Assembly (NCBI GenBank): GCA_024679065.1
Contig: JAGIQG010000009.1
Coordinates: 99,944,001-100,008,000, forward strand
Length of the DNA stretch: 64,000 nt
Source of the DNA: Sphyrna mokarran
Lineage: Eukaryota
Direction: 5' to 3'
A model generated the notes under the pieces. The model was not told where the DNA came from and made no database searches. It saw only the letters and a program-made list of their open reading frames with translations. The position numbers and the translations under genes were made by a program. Shown piece after piece: positions 27,801 to 42,800 of this stretch (the first letter of the stretch is position 1; each line of letters begins with the position of its first letter).

Positions 27801-30800
27801 AAGACCATGACTCATTTCGCTTTTGTTGTTATTTTGTATGCTTGCAATTTTTTGTTTCACAATGAGATCAAGATAAACTTTTTGATTCGATGGGCAGAAT
27901 TTTACTGTCACTTCCGTCCAAGTTTCGCAGGATCCCGCCCAAAGCCAACTAGAATGGCGTTCTCCGAGCCGAGTCCGCCCCTGGAATCGAGGCTGGCATG
28001 CCAGTAAAATTCCGGCCCATGTCTCACTTTTCCAGCAATTTGAATAAGGTACTATGGTGCTATCAGAATATGGTATTCTTTGTAGTGTCAACAATGAAGG
28101 ATACCATTTTCAAGTATTTATATAGGCATGGAATCTATTGACATATGATAACTGAAATTATGTTTCTAGCAGATAACTTGTTTCACAGTCTGCGTCTTTT
28201 TCCGCTTCATTTTTACATACAAATTTAAAAATATCTGACAAGCACAATTTTCCATTTTAAAATGTGAAAGATGAAAGACTGGGTTTACCTAAAGTACTTT
28301 CTTTTAATTTGTTTGCTTCAAAACAGAATCAATATTTATATCAAGCTGAATATATTGATATGCATTTTAGTAGCGCAATAAAAAAAAACAACATTTTGCT
28401 TGGTTCACTGTTTTTTGAATTTAAGTCAAAAGATTTGAAATGACACAAACGAAAACGAAAACCCAGTTGGATAAAGAAAACGATCCTTGCAATATAAAGG
28501 AAAGCATATACAATTAAAGGCACAAAATATCCGTTAATGAACACATTCCAACTGGAAATCGTTGGATTTTGAATATATGAATACTTTAATCACTGATTGA
28601 ACAAGTGATTGATATACATATTTTTATTGTCAGCAGAATTAATCATTTAATGTTCCATTATATTCATGCAAGGGAACTGGGTAAACTTGCACTTCAGGAA
28701 ACTGGCTATGACATGAGGAAAACAGATGTCAATCTGAGTAGTTGTAAAACATGAAACTTTCAAGATTCAATAAATTAGAAGCAATGGTTCCTCCCAAGTG
28801 CATTTGCATTAATCTACATTTTGTTTGATGATAGGAGTTATAGGACTACTGGAAACAATATCCCTCCGTGGCAGCACAACTAATAATTTGAACGTTGCCA
28901 AACAACAGTAATCACGCATGGCTGAATAGAGACAAATAAGTTCACAAGAGGGGGAAAAATCCGAGTGTGGAAAGCTGGAGGTGTTTGAATTGCCAGAAAC
29001 ATATTTTCCACGCGTATTTTTTGAATATTTTTCATGAATCTGTGTGGGTTGTGGAGTAAACATATTGCAACTCAGAGGATTCTAAACACAACAGGGCATG
29101 TGGATACATAAAGAATTAGGAGTTTATTTATTTGTCTTTACCTTTCTTTAAATGCCACACTCGAGAAAGAATGCAAAAGATAGCGGAATTGTACAGAGGA
29201 AAACTAATTTACCACAGCAATGGGGTAATTATTTCGGACTTAATGCATGCCGAAAACCTCTTGCTTTCATGCTCCAGAGTCCGGACCATTGCTATTGCAT
29301 TAGAACAGAAACCAGTATCTATTTTCAATTTTCAGCAGAGGTCAGGATGGAACGTTCAAGGCAAATGTTGAAATTCAAATTAAGTAACTTAGGAAATAAA
29401 AATTATTTGGGGCCGCATTTCAGTTCTCAGAAGCTACTTGAAGATTTAATCAAACATGTTACATAATATGTCAGCCAAAATACCAAGTATGCGGCCATAA
29501 GTAAAAAGTTGACAGCATTATTATTTTGTGTAACTTAATATATGTGCCTGAACTATCTGATGTGTCGGAACATAAATGTAATTGCTCTTAACATCCAACT
29601 TTGCCAAACAATATTGCCTCATTTTCCAATTATTGTTGTTCTTTGAATTGAAAAAAACGTCTACATATAACTTTTGAAAAAGGAGCCGTGTGTTGCAGAA
29701 AATTTAAAGGCAATGAGATTGAAAGAAAATGTTGGTAAATCTTCAACAGGCCACACCAATCAGTGTAATTTTCATAACTGCATCTTCTAAAAAAAGTGTG
29801 AATGTTAAGCTAAGCTCTATGCCGATTAAAAAATGCATGATGCTTGTATCTGATCGATTGAAAGGGTATCGCACATTTACGCAGTTGGGTTGATTCTTAA
29901 TCATTCTGCCTGTTGAATTTTCCCGACAAACGACCAGTGAATATTGAATGGTGCAAATAAACAAATGCAGTACGGTAAAAAAAAATCCCAATTTATATGT
30001 GATTGAAATTTGCATCATAATGGAAAGCCGCGGTATTCGTGTTTTCTGCAGAATAATATTGGAAATAATGTGTTACTGCTCAAGGGCTGTCGTCATTTTG
30101 ACTGATGGTATGGGAGTTATCGGTTTTCTGGTTAAGACAAAAATCTACCATCAGACTTCCAAATAATGACACTTCCGTGAAGAATAAACACATTATTCAA
30201 AACAGGCTTGCAGCATATTCTGAGACCCCAGGTCAAGATAGACCCGTTACTTAATAGTATTATTTAATTGATAATCCAGTTTTGCAGACAACATTGCGTG
30301 TTGCTGCAAAATGTTGCATTCAGCAACTATGCAACTTCAGGTCAGCTCTGCGTGTTTTGAGAAAACAGTTGGTGAAGTAAACTGCAGGTCCATACATTCA
30401 GAAACAGTGGTAATCTGAATGAGAGCAAAGAAATAGCTGATTAATTAAACGCATATTTTAGTTCTGCCTCCAAAATGAGAATATTAATTCCTTACCAAAA
30501 TTGATAGGGACCACTAGGCGAAGAAAGACGGACGAAAATAAATATATCAGTGTTTACAGAGATTTTTTTTTGGTGAAATTGAATGGGTTGAATACCAACA
30601 TTCCCCAATGTCTGATAATTTGTGTGCGACAGTTCTCAAGAAGGGACATTACATGCTTTGGTGGTCACCTTCCAAAATCATCAACTGTGAAGCAATCCTT
30701 GGTATTATATGGCACCAATTATAACTCTACATGTTTGTAAATAAAATCTAACTAGAGAAAAGCTAAAGTATTATAGACCAATCGGCTTTACCCCAGTAAT

Positions 30801-33800
30801 GGCTAAAATGATGGAGAGCATTATAAAAGATCAAAAAGTATTATTGGAAAACAATGGCAGCATCAGTGTAATCAGCATGGATTTACGACAACGAAATCAT
30901 GCTTGGCGAATCTTCTGGGATTTTTCAAGGATGCACCTAATGGAGCTCAGGAGGCATTCAATAAGATCCCACATGATAAATTGCCATGAAAAGTTAAGCG
31001 CGTGTGACTGGGCGTAGCGTATTTACATGGATAGAAAATTGGTTGCAAACAGAGGAAAAAAAAAACGGGCCAGGATTAAGAAATATTGCTTACGTGCGGT
31101 AGGCAGTGTATAGTGGCATATCGCAGTGATGGGTGCGAAGCCACTGGCTCTTCATCATGCCTAATAATAGTTTAGTTAACATAAATACTTGCGATATCTA
31201 GATATTTACAGATGACACCATGTTGGGTAGAGCTTGAGTGGCAGGAATGATGCAAATATGTTTCGGAGTAAATTGAACAACTTTAATGAATTGGGAATTG
31301 TGTGCCAGGTGCAGTGCATAAATGTAGGGTTATTCACTTTTATAAAATTGGAAGGCAGATCATTATTTCCTTACTTTCGCTTGAGAGAGGGAAGTATGTA
31401 ATGAGACGTGTTGTCATTATTGAAAGAAAGCTTGAAGTTGCAGGAGGTGATGAAGATGGCAAATTGTGTGTTCTCCTTCATAGCAAGAGGCTTTGGGTAT
31501 TGTTCTACATGGTTTTTATGAGACCATACTTGGAAGTTGTGCACATTTTGTTTCACTTATCCAATAAATGACTCAAACGCTATTGTGAGAATGAAGCGAC
31601 AGATAACCAGATTGATTCCTGGGATGGCAGGACTGATGCTTGAGGAACGACTGAGTGAGTTAATATAATATACGCTCGGGATTCGAAGCATGGGAAGCAA
31701 TCTCACTAAAACCTATCTCGTTCTAGGAGGCGTATACTGGGCAGATGCAGGAAGCATGCTTCGGATGGACAAGGAGTCCAAAACTAGGCGTCGAATTTAA
31801 GGACACGGGATAAACCATTTAACATTGAGATGACGATTATTATTTTTTCACACAGAGTAATGAGCCTGTGGAGTTCTTTATCACAAGAATTGGCTGGGGT
31901 CAAAACATTATATTTTTTTAACGACCAATAACTTAAACTTCTTAGGGCTGTAGGTTTAAAAGGATATAGGGGAACGGGAACACCCTACAATTTGAATGAC
32001 CAGCCATCATCATCACGAATGGCGCAGTAGGCTCACATAATTTTTGTTTCAATTTAACTAGTTCTGCACTCCATTATTGCCCTTAATCGCCATTGAATTC
32101 AGGATACAATATTTTCGACTATTCATTTTTAGAAAGGGGCAAATTAGCAAAGGTGCAAGTAAGCTGTCCTGCAGAGACAGTTGATATTCAGATTCTTTGG
32201 AGGATGTGGGTTACATGCAATAAGCATAAACGTGATCGAGTAGCGTTTCACATAATTCCCATGTTATTATAGGGGCCATTCAGCTAATACAGCATGCACT
32301 AATTCTCTGACAGAATATCTTATCCAGACCGAGCCCAGCCCTTCAGCTCCCTCCCACCATGTCGACGTAACTCCACATATTTTACCCGCTAATTCTCCTA
32401 TTCCACTTACATTGCGACACTAAAGAGCGACTGGAGTAAATGGCTTTGGTCTGACCCATCACTGATCCAAGAGAGGGTGTTCACTCTTTTGAAAGAGCCC
32501 TGCAACAATAAGCAGATTCATTGCTGGAATAGCGGGACAGATGCACTGGAGAGATGGCGTTATTATAAGAAACAGAAAGAAGCATACTGAATTTCCCCTA
32601 ACAACCTCAATTTAGTTATATGTCGTGAGGTTTTTTTTAAAGGGCAGGGTTTTCATTTTGATTGTCAGTTTTCACGAATATATTCGTATCTCTTATATTA
32701 TTATAGTGCTCTGAAGTTTACCTTGCGAACCCTTTCTAAGTTTTTGAATTTCTGAAATATAAAAACTGTCATTTTGGTTACCGATCTACTTCTAAGTTCA
32801 GCATTATTGGATGAATGATACCTTACTTTCGATTAGATATTCTTACTGATACAGTGTACGTAAGCAGGCACCATCCTATCTGAAAGACCGAACATGTTTG
32901 CAGTTTCACGAGACAGCGTGGGATAAGTTTCATGAAGACTATCAGCATTTTTATCTCAACGTTTTAGATTTTGCGTTCGTTCATTGTTGGAATTGCAGGG
33001 TAAATTAAAAAAAAAACAAGCTGAACCAAAAGAAAAAAATAACGAATAAGAACAACATAACATGCGTCCAGAATCATAATAAGGTGGATATTGACAATTG
33101 AAAAATAAAATGATTGAAGTAATAAGTTTGCTGACCCAATGTGAACTTTGCCACTGATTCTGCTTGATTTGTTTTCCTTTTCCACCAGTGTTGTTTGGCG
33201 GTACGAATGCCTCATGTATTTGAAAGTGGAGCAATTTTGAAAACGTTAACACATGTCCAATAAATCTGTATCAGTCTGCCATAGTGACCTTTCCCTGTGA
33301 CGAAAGGTTTTGGTGAATATAGTTGAAAGTCAGCGCGTTTTCCATAGCGTCGTAGATTCATTTCTTAAATTATGAAACTATGACCACTGAACCCAATTAA
33401 ATAGTCAGTCATTAAAGTCACTATTAGTGGTAAATTTATTCAGTCATTTAACAAATAATGTTTGAATTTCTTTAGCGTAGATTATCGTGGAAGGATTATC
33501 ATTGAATGTATTCAAGCCTGATATAGATTATTTCAATTCCATGGGAATCGCTAAACATGGTAAGGGGATAACATTCTGGCATTCTGCAGAGAGTTTAAAT
33601 ATAATCGTATTGCATTGCTAATTGGGATTCGTGGGGAAAGTACTCTTACGCTGGATTGTTCATATCTCCAGTTAAACGTGTAAAATGTGTCCACATCGCA
33701 TTTGAATGACTCAACGTTATATTTTCGAAATCATCCCAATGTCAGTTCCTAAAATATTGCTTCATAAGATTCCACGTTCACATTCAAAGGAAAGCCTGTA

Positions 33801-36800
33801 ACCTTCGTTTAACTTTACTGTTGGAGTGTGTGAAGAGCTTTATCACGATTCAAATGATGATATAAATATAAATTCCGTTATATTTTTCTCTATTACAGGA
33901 ACGTAATTTTGGCAATATATGATTTGTATAAATAATTTCAAATCTAGAATAATTTAATTCCATAAAACTATTTTTATGGCAGAAATGACCATGAATTCTT
34001 CTGAAAACAATACACTCTGCGAAATGTTCATAACGTACCCTCTGTTTTTAATTGCTATGAAGTAAAATCGAACATTTTTTTAGTCTACTGTCTGATGTAA
34101 ACACAAACATTTTCGGATAAATAAGATTGACATCTTTACTAAACAGCTTATTTCTAATCCAGTTTGCAACAGGAATCAGTGAACAAAGTTATATCTTAAT
34201 CTAAACAAAAACGTCATATACTGGCAAAGAAGAGGCGTTTGACTTCATGCATAATCGTTGTACAAATGTTACGCCCTCTTCCAGATGTTATAGATATTTT
34301 TATCCATGCGTGGGTCATGGACTTTGCTGATCAGCCAGCATTCTTTGCCATCCCTGGTTGTCCCTGGATGATAGTTGCTAGTCAGTCACATTGATATGGC
34401 TCTGGAGAAACATATAGGCCTGACCACGTTTGGAGGCAGGTTTCCGTCCCTAATCGACATGAGTAATAAACGGAATGCGAAATGTTTCAGTTATTTCTTT
34501 ACCTGCATCTTTTATATCCCTTTCCTCTTCTACATGAAACGTATGAAACAATGATTTTAAAAGCTTGCATTGAAATGTTTTCCTTATTTTTTCTGCAATG
34601 ACAGAAGAATGGTTTTGCTCATAGACAATGCAATCTTAGACAGTCGAATACAAAGTTCTGGAAATTCCTAGTGTTTCCATACCCATCTGAGGAGATAGCA
34701 GCAAGTTTATATTTTTGGTTGGTAATTTTAAATGAACTGTTATTCAAAATTTTGCACACCTAGCGTTTTGGTGGTTTAAGAACAAGTCCGTAGATGCTGG
34801 TGGCAGTACTGGAATTAACTATCTTTGCGTCATTTCACGGTACCAGGACCACTGGAATTGTGAGAGACGTAGGCAGCGGACAGCTAAGAGGAGCACACGC
34901 GGAAGATGTTTGCTGCATCTTAAACGTTACTGCTCAGATATTTCCTCTGCCGGACTGCTACCATCAACGAAATAGTTGTCTTGGACAGTCGTCATGACCA
35001 CAACCCCTTTTCTTATGTCGGCGCAAGTACCCAGCTGTCTATTCTGTACCACAATCGCTTCTCCCAAATGCTCTCGTCAGCAGGCTACATTTTACCCAGA
35101 GATAAGTTATTGGCTTCTCATATGATTCATTCAGTCACTTACATACAATTATCAACCACATAAATTGTAATAAACTTTATATGCATGCAAATATCTATGC
35201 ACGGAATTGATCGACAAGCCTATGCCTCTCAGCCACTGTTTGACTAATTCATTTACGTCACTCACTGACTTGCCACCAACCTATATTAGCCATCTTCCCA
35301 AATTATCTCTCCACCTAATCACATACACTTAGATCCATCGATGCCAGCTAATCAACTATCTATCGATCTACTTCCTTCAAATAAACCTGTTCATGTCTTC
35401 GGCCAACTCCCCAACTCAGGAACGTCATTCAATAAACTATTCGCTCTGCATAGATAATTATCGAGAGAGGAAAAAAAATCCTAATCTACCCATTTATCCA
35501 CATGCCACTCAGCATCCCCTTTAATTATCGAAGTGTCTAGCCACACAACTAAATCATTTGAACTTTTGTCTGCCTCGCTCAACCAGGGAACATCGATGTT
35601 GCCACTTGTATCACCTAAATCATGAGGAACAAACACAGAGTTTCACTTCCTTATCCAAAACCACCCATATAATTTACACGCTTAGGCACGGTATCCAACG
35701 TTCTCAATTTTTCACTTCGCCAAATTTCCGACCATCTTATCGCCAGTTACTTGTTGGGAGGTCATGGTTTGGAGATATATTTCTAAGCTAATTACCCAAA
35801 AATTCAAAGAAATTTTCTGGGGACTTGAGCGAGAAAACTACCATTGATGTTGGTGAAATGAAAATTCAGATAATAAATCTGGAAATAAAACTTCAATTGA
35901 AACAATTAAACTTTGAAAACGTACTTCAAACAATTTAGTTCAGTAAGTACTTTCAGAAGAATGGATTTGCCACTCTTGCAAGATCTGTCAAATTGAGACT
36001 CCATAGCAAGAGTAACAAATTTGGTTCCCGATTTCTTATTGAAGCAACATCAATACTTGGCTCCGCTGGCAGGGATTCATTTTTAATTATTATTTTTGGA
36101 TTTCTGGGTTGCTAGCCCTTTCTGAAATATTCTAGCAAATCTCTTAGTTCAAGGACAATTATGCATGGGCACAACTATGAATGCCTGAACGTTGTGGATA
36201 ATTTGAAAAGTCGCCTACTCATTGTATGCACCTAATCCATCTGCTCACCAATGAATTTGTCACATTCAGTTAATTTGCACACACGCAGAGTCACCCACCT
36301 TTCAAACGACAATACATCAACTGCAATAATCCACCGGTGTTCTAACCGACCCAGTCACGCAACAACGCCTTGTGACGAATGAACCATATCAATCTCAATG
36401 TTTAACACTCAACTAGTCTTATATCCACATATCCACTCATGCTCCTCATATTTAGCTATCTGGCGAATTGTGCTGGTATCTACAAACGCATAAAGCCAAC
36501 ACTTCCAGATGGCATAGCTAAGTACGATACTATCACAGTCACAAACGCACCTAATCACATATCCTCTTAGAACATAGAACACTACAACACAAACAGGCCC
36601 TTAGGCCCACAATTTGTACCGATCATAACCATCCTAGCAGGCCTATCTATAACTCTCAATCTTATTAAATCCCATGTAGTCACCCAGAGTTTTTTTTTTA
36701 AAGACCTCAACGAGTTTGCCTCTACCACTACAGATGGCAGCCAATTCTAGTCACTCACTACCCTCTGAGTGAAGAACTTACTCCTGACATCCCCTATGTA

Positions 36801-39800
36801 CCTGCTGCCCAGCACCTTAAACCTGTCTCCTCTCGTAGCGACCATTTCGGCCATCGCAAATAGGTCCGAGAATCCACCCAATCTCTACGTCTCAACATCT
36901 TTTAAGCCTACATCAGGTCGCCTCTCAACCTTCGTCTCTCCAGGGAGAAGAGACCTAGCTCCCTCAACCTATTCTCATTACACATGCACTCAATCCAGGC
37001 AACATTCTTGTAAATCTCTTCTGCACCTTTTCAATAGCTTCCACATCTTTCTTGTAGTGAGGCGACCAGAAGTGCGCACAGTATTCCAAGTGGTGTCTGA
37101 CAGGCTCATATAAAGTTGCAGCATTACCTCCCGACTTCCAAACTCAATCCCTCGATTAATGAAGGCTGGTACACCAATTTCGACAACTGCATAGAAATAC
37201 ATTCAAATGCTCATTTAGCACAACTCGCGATCGAACAACGTCAAGGTCATCGGGTTTCGTAGCTTCCCACCGAGACACATTCAGATGATTAACATACAAA
37301 TAAACCAGCAAAGCCACTAATCAACTAATAACCTGATGAAATTATTTGACTGCAATCCTCTACTCACTTGATTGCCCTTATTCAATATTCGATTTCGACG
37401 TCCAGCACACATTAGCCGTACATTTATTCAATAAAATGCACAATGCACCCATTTCCCCAATTATCTATCTAATCTATCAATACAAAATTTTCAGACACAA
37501 CATATCCGCATACCACCTCTTTCAATCAACAATAATACGTATATTTACTCACTTAAATAGTCAATCACTTAATTCACGCACTCATCTAATCACTGGCCCA
37601 TATACCCAGGTCTCACATGACCCTCTGCACACCTTTCAACTTAAATATCCAATTACATAACTCACCTTGCTGCATACCTCCCCGAGACTCAAATGAACCT
37701 TCTAATACCTCTGCAGTTCACGCTCCGTAAAACTCACCTTCCAGCCCTCCAACATGCCGAAACAAGTTCCCATTTGTCCAATACTCCCTCCTGTCGAAAC
37801 AACTCCACCACGCATGAAACTTCATCAGTGATCGTAGCCTCTTGCTGGGCAATTTCAAAGTTTATATCGGCAATATTTTCTACCTATTTAATCATTCCCG
37901 AGTAGGCATTCAAACCATGAGCCATTTAAGCTTATTTGAATAGATGAATATTACCGCTCTCTTTTGAAGTTGTGGGGCGTGCAGTGGGGATGGGGCCGGA
38001 GGGGGGGGGGGTGCGTGGCTGTACTTCCCATCCAAACACATTCGGTTTAAAGAACAAGTGTTGAATTTCTTTCAGTCAGGACCAAAACACGATGAAAGAA
38101 ATTGCAGGGGCCTTCGTTCGTTAAATCTATGTGGGCGATGAGAATTCACCATGCATTTACACTAAATGACTGTATTGGCCACTTACTGCTATCTAGTAGA
38201 TGCTATCTAGTAGATCAGTTGCTTCAAAGAATGTGCTATTTTTTTCTGAGAAATTGATCACAATAATCTCACTGAACAGATTAAAAAAATAAAATATATA
38301 TTTTGGAGTGATATTTGCGAAGACATGTTTTGAACAGTTTTCTTTAATTCAGATCTCACTCTAACATGGATGCATTGCTGTAGAACGCTTTTTTTCCCAC
38401 CTGTCTTTTTCAGTGCATTTTTCAATTCTTCGAGTTCTAAACATAAAAAAAAAAGAGTTTCGAATAAATCACTTCTGCCATCAAAGTTTTGATTTTGTTT
38501 TCAAGGCTGATATACGAATTGGGCATTTCTGAATCGGCACGATCTAGATGAAAATAGGCCAGCCAAACCTAACAGAAAACTGAAATAACATCGCCTTCAT
38601 CATTTTAACAGTATTGCGCGGTAATAAGCGCTGAATTAGGGAGTGGAGGACGTAAGAACTTCGATCATTTTTAATAGATTCTGTGCAGAAAAGTCGGAGG
38701 TCATTCGGCCCATTGAATATTAACCGAATGTCCGAAAAACCATCCTCTCAAGAGCCACCCTCAATGCCCACACATTTACCATGGCGAACATACTTAAACT
38801 ACCTAAGTTTGGAAAAATAATGGGCAATTTAACGTAGCAATTCATTTTACTTGCACACCTTTGCACTGTGGAAGGAAACTGAAGCACCTGGAGGAACCAC
38901 ACGCAACTGGGTGGGAACTTGAATATTTCGTGCAGACCATGACCCAAGTGGGAAATCGAACGTATGTCCCTGATGCTGTGAGGAAGCGATGCTAACCACT
39001 CTGCCATCGAACCTAATTTTATTCAAGAACCGTCTCTTCTGACTGTTAAATACGCAATCACCGCATTCCAACAAGTTGACCAAACGAAATGGCGTTAACA
39101 GAAAGACAAAAGAGAAAGGCATGGTTAAAAATGGATGTCAAGTGCCATCACCTGTTTGGTTTATGGGAGCTATATGTTAATACAGCTAATCCGGGCCTCA
39201 ATATCCTAAAGAAGAATCGCATCGCGTCTTAAGCAACCAACTGCATTATGAATAGTTCCCTATTTACGCAGAAATTCAATAGAAGAAACAAAATGGGCAT
39301 TCTAATTGTCAAAGCGCAGATGGGGCGAAGTGGGGTCGAGATGGGATTAGATGCAAATTCAAAGACTTTTGGTATTTGCTGTTCTGTGTTTGCTCGTCTT
39401 CGTGTAGAACCAGATGGAACTTATTCGGAAAACAATCTATGGGGATACTGAAGCTGCATATTCATATCTCTGATGTATCACAACATCAATACACTATANN
39501 NNNNNNNNNNNNNNNNNNNNNNNNNNNNNNNNNNNNNNNNNNNNNNNNNNNNNNNNNNNNNNNNNNNNNNNNNNNNNNNNNNNNNNNNNNNNNNNNNNNN
39601 NNNNNNNNNNNNNNNNNNNNNNNNNNNNNNNNNNNNNNNNNNNNNNNNNNNNNNNNNNNNNNNNNNNNNNNNNNNNNNNNNNNNNNNNNNNNNNNNNNNN
39701 NNNNNNNNNNNNNNNNNNNNNNNNNNNNNNNNNNNNNNCGTTTTCAGAAGGAGGAAAGGTTTATGTCCGTTGATGTAATGTTATCAAATCTGAAGACCCA

Positions 39801-42800
39801 GCATCAGCATTTTGAGACTCAATGCAAATATTAGGCAGTGAAGGGAGGCTTATTAGAGACTTTTGCAAAGTGATTTTCTTTTTGAGATAGCACAAATGTC
39901 TTGAAAAGGAAACATCAATCAAATTTGTGTTCGATCTTCAAACTCAGCATTTGCTTCAATCCCAAAAAGGCCACACGAATCTGAAATGAAATTATTTTTC
40001 TTCTTCCCGTCCATAACATCAATTATCACTGAACATATTTTGGGATGGTAGACAAGGAATTAATGGCAGAGAAGTAATGGGACACCTTACATCCTTTTAT
40101 CTTTAACCGGAAGTTTCGTAACTAAAACTATCTCATGATTATTTTGCAATTTCAGCTGCCCGAAAGAAACGTGTACACTTCTGTTATTTCAATTAAGATG
40201 TTCATGGTATTGAGGGATGCAATGACGAATTACCCGAGTGATTCCTAGGTTGGTGAGACTGATAAAGGAGAAAAGACTGAGTGTATGAATATAACTTATG
40301 CTCGAGGTTTGAAATATGAAATGAAATCTCACAAACTCAGATAGTATGCTATTAGGTCTCCAATCAACCTATGCAGGAAGCATGCTTTTGATGGTTAAAG
40401 AGTCCAGAATCCGGGGTGACAGTTTTAAAAAAAGCGGATTTCAGCAGATAATTGAAGATTGTGTTTAAGATTCTTTTTTTCCTCATCCAGAAAGCAATAA
40501 ACTTTTGGAATTCTTTATTACATATATCAGCAGGAGAGAAAATGTTGATCTGAAGAGAAGAAAAAAACACTCTCTTACGCTGACGAGATAAAAGTTGAGA
40601 AGGGAACGGGAACAGGTTGAAGAGTTGGATGATCATCCACATTCTTCGTGATTGGCGCAGCAGGTTCAAATGTGTATTGTTCCTACTTTAAATAGTTAGA
40701 TGTTTCCATTAGTTTTCCTAATCATTGTCAAATTTAGGATACTGGAAATTCGATATATTTGGCTATTCATTTTGAGAATGTAAACGATTAGCGAAGCTTG
40801 GAAAAAAAGCTTCCTAAGATGCAACTAAAATTCACACTTTTTTAAGAATGTGCAGGTGACATGCAATAAAGGCAAAACTGATAGGTGAGCATTTTATATA
40901 ATTACTGCACTATTGGAGGTGACCACTCATTCCATCGCGTCTGCACTGATTTTCTGATAGAGAATTTTTTATGGACCATCCCCCCCGCCCCACCTATATC
41001 CCACATCCATCCACCAGCCCCCCACCTCTGCCCCACCACCTTAACTCCACATGTTTACATTTGCAATTCTTCAAACCTACATGCTAGAGTGCCACTGATG
41101 GTTGTGCCCTGACCTACCACACGAGAGGGATGGGTTGATTGAACGCAGTAGACCGGAACATGCATAATTTCCCTGCAAATCAGTTAAGTATCGTGAGGAT
41201 TTTTAATAAATGATGGGAATTCAACTTTGGTCGTTAGTTTCTCCAAAGGTATTCAAATATCCTTAATACTATTATGATGCTCTGACGTTTACCTTGCCAT
41301 TCCTTTTTAAGTTTTTGAACTTCTGAAAAAAAAATCGAAGTCAATTTCCGAAATCAGTCGACATGCATTTTAAACATTATTGGATGTGTCACACTGTACT
41401 TTTGATCGGATGGTACTACTGATTCAGTTCAGGCATCATTCTATCGGAATGAGTGAATTAATTTAAAGTTATATGAGGCAGCGTGGGATAGATTTCAATC
41501 AGTTCATGAATCCTTGCTCTAACATTCCAGGTTTTGTATTCGCAAATCGTAGAATTGCAAAGGAAATTCGCAAAACTGGCTGGATTGTTTGATCAATAAG
41601 ATAGCATATGATTATTCCATAATCATAATAGTAAGGTTATTGGACAGTGAACGCATTTGTTTGAAGGAATCGTCTTCCTGACCCAAAGCACTAGCTTTAT
41701 ATTCTGCTTGGCAGGTTTTCTCCCTCCAACAGTGTTGTTTTCCCGTCATATGTAATCAATGTTTATTGAAAAGCTTCGGCAGGTCAATGTTTACAACTGG
41801 GTCAGAGATAATTATGATGCGATTACAAAAGAAAAGAACATAAGATGGGTACAGAAAATATCTGGTATGGGCACAAACGAAAAGTAGAGCTTTTCACAGA
41901 ACAAATAGTGTGTGTTCTTGATAGGTATGCCCTTGGCAGGCCAAGACTGGTTGTCTCATAGAAGACAGAGAGTGGTCGTCAAAGGATAATTTTCAGACTG
42001 GAGGCCAATTGCCAGTAGTGTACCTTAGGGGTCAGTACGGGGTCTTCTGCTATTTGTGACTTTTTTTTATTAATGACTTGGAAGAGGGGGCTGAAGGATG
42101 GGTTAGAACATTTGCTGATGACACCAAGATTGATGGAGTAGTTGGTGAGGTGGAGCATTCTTGCAGGCTGCAAAGGAACATTGATAAGATGCAGAACTGG
42201 ACCGAAAAGTGGCAGATGAAGTTTAACCCTGATAATTGCGAGGTGAATCATTTTGATAGGACAAACTTGACTGGGGATTACAGGCTCAAAGGCAGGGTTC
42301 TGAGGAATGTGGAAGAACAGAGAGATCTTTGGTTTCGTATCCACAGATCTTTGAAGGTTGCTGCTAAGTGGATAGTGAAATGAAGAAGGCATATAGTGTG
42401 TTAGCGTTTATTAACAGGGGGTTTGAGTTTAAGAACCGTGGAGTTATGCTGCAACTATACTGGGCGTTGGTGATACCACATCTGGATTACGGTCTTCACT
42501 CTAGTCACTTCACTGTAAGATGGATGTGGAAGCATTGGAGAGAGTGCAGAGGAGATTTAACAGCATGCTGCCTGGTTTGGAGGGTAGATCTTATGAGGAA
42601 ATTTTGAGAGAGCTGGGACTTTTCTCTTTAGAAGGGAGGAGGATGAGATGAGAATTAATAGAGGTTTATAAGATGATGAAGGGGGTAGGTAGAGTATACT
42701 TTCAGAGATTTTTTCCTCAGGTGTAAATAGCTGTTACTAGGGTGCATAACAATAACGTTCATGTCGGGATACATAGATTGGATGCCTGAGGTAGATTCTG

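Larger units (their letters stand above)
34990..37910. repeat. G-poor, C/A-rich degenerate low-complexity tract (interrupted by SINE and CR1)
   Basis: Strong G depletion on the + strand with recurring cact/ccat/acca/tcac words. Confidence 0.65.
32140..38660. repeat. Segmental duplication unit 1 (paralogous to ~40.8-51.6 kb and ~59.6-63.5 kb)
   Basis: Collinear homology: 32722/41293/59725 exons, V relics, 33241/43035 flanks, 34503/44019/61914 exons, G-poor tract, 37915/50940 cattcaaaccatga, 38401/51391 exons. Confidence 0.85.

Noticed and set aside
39376-39834. ORFs spanning the N-run
   Set aside because: Artefacts of the assembly gap.
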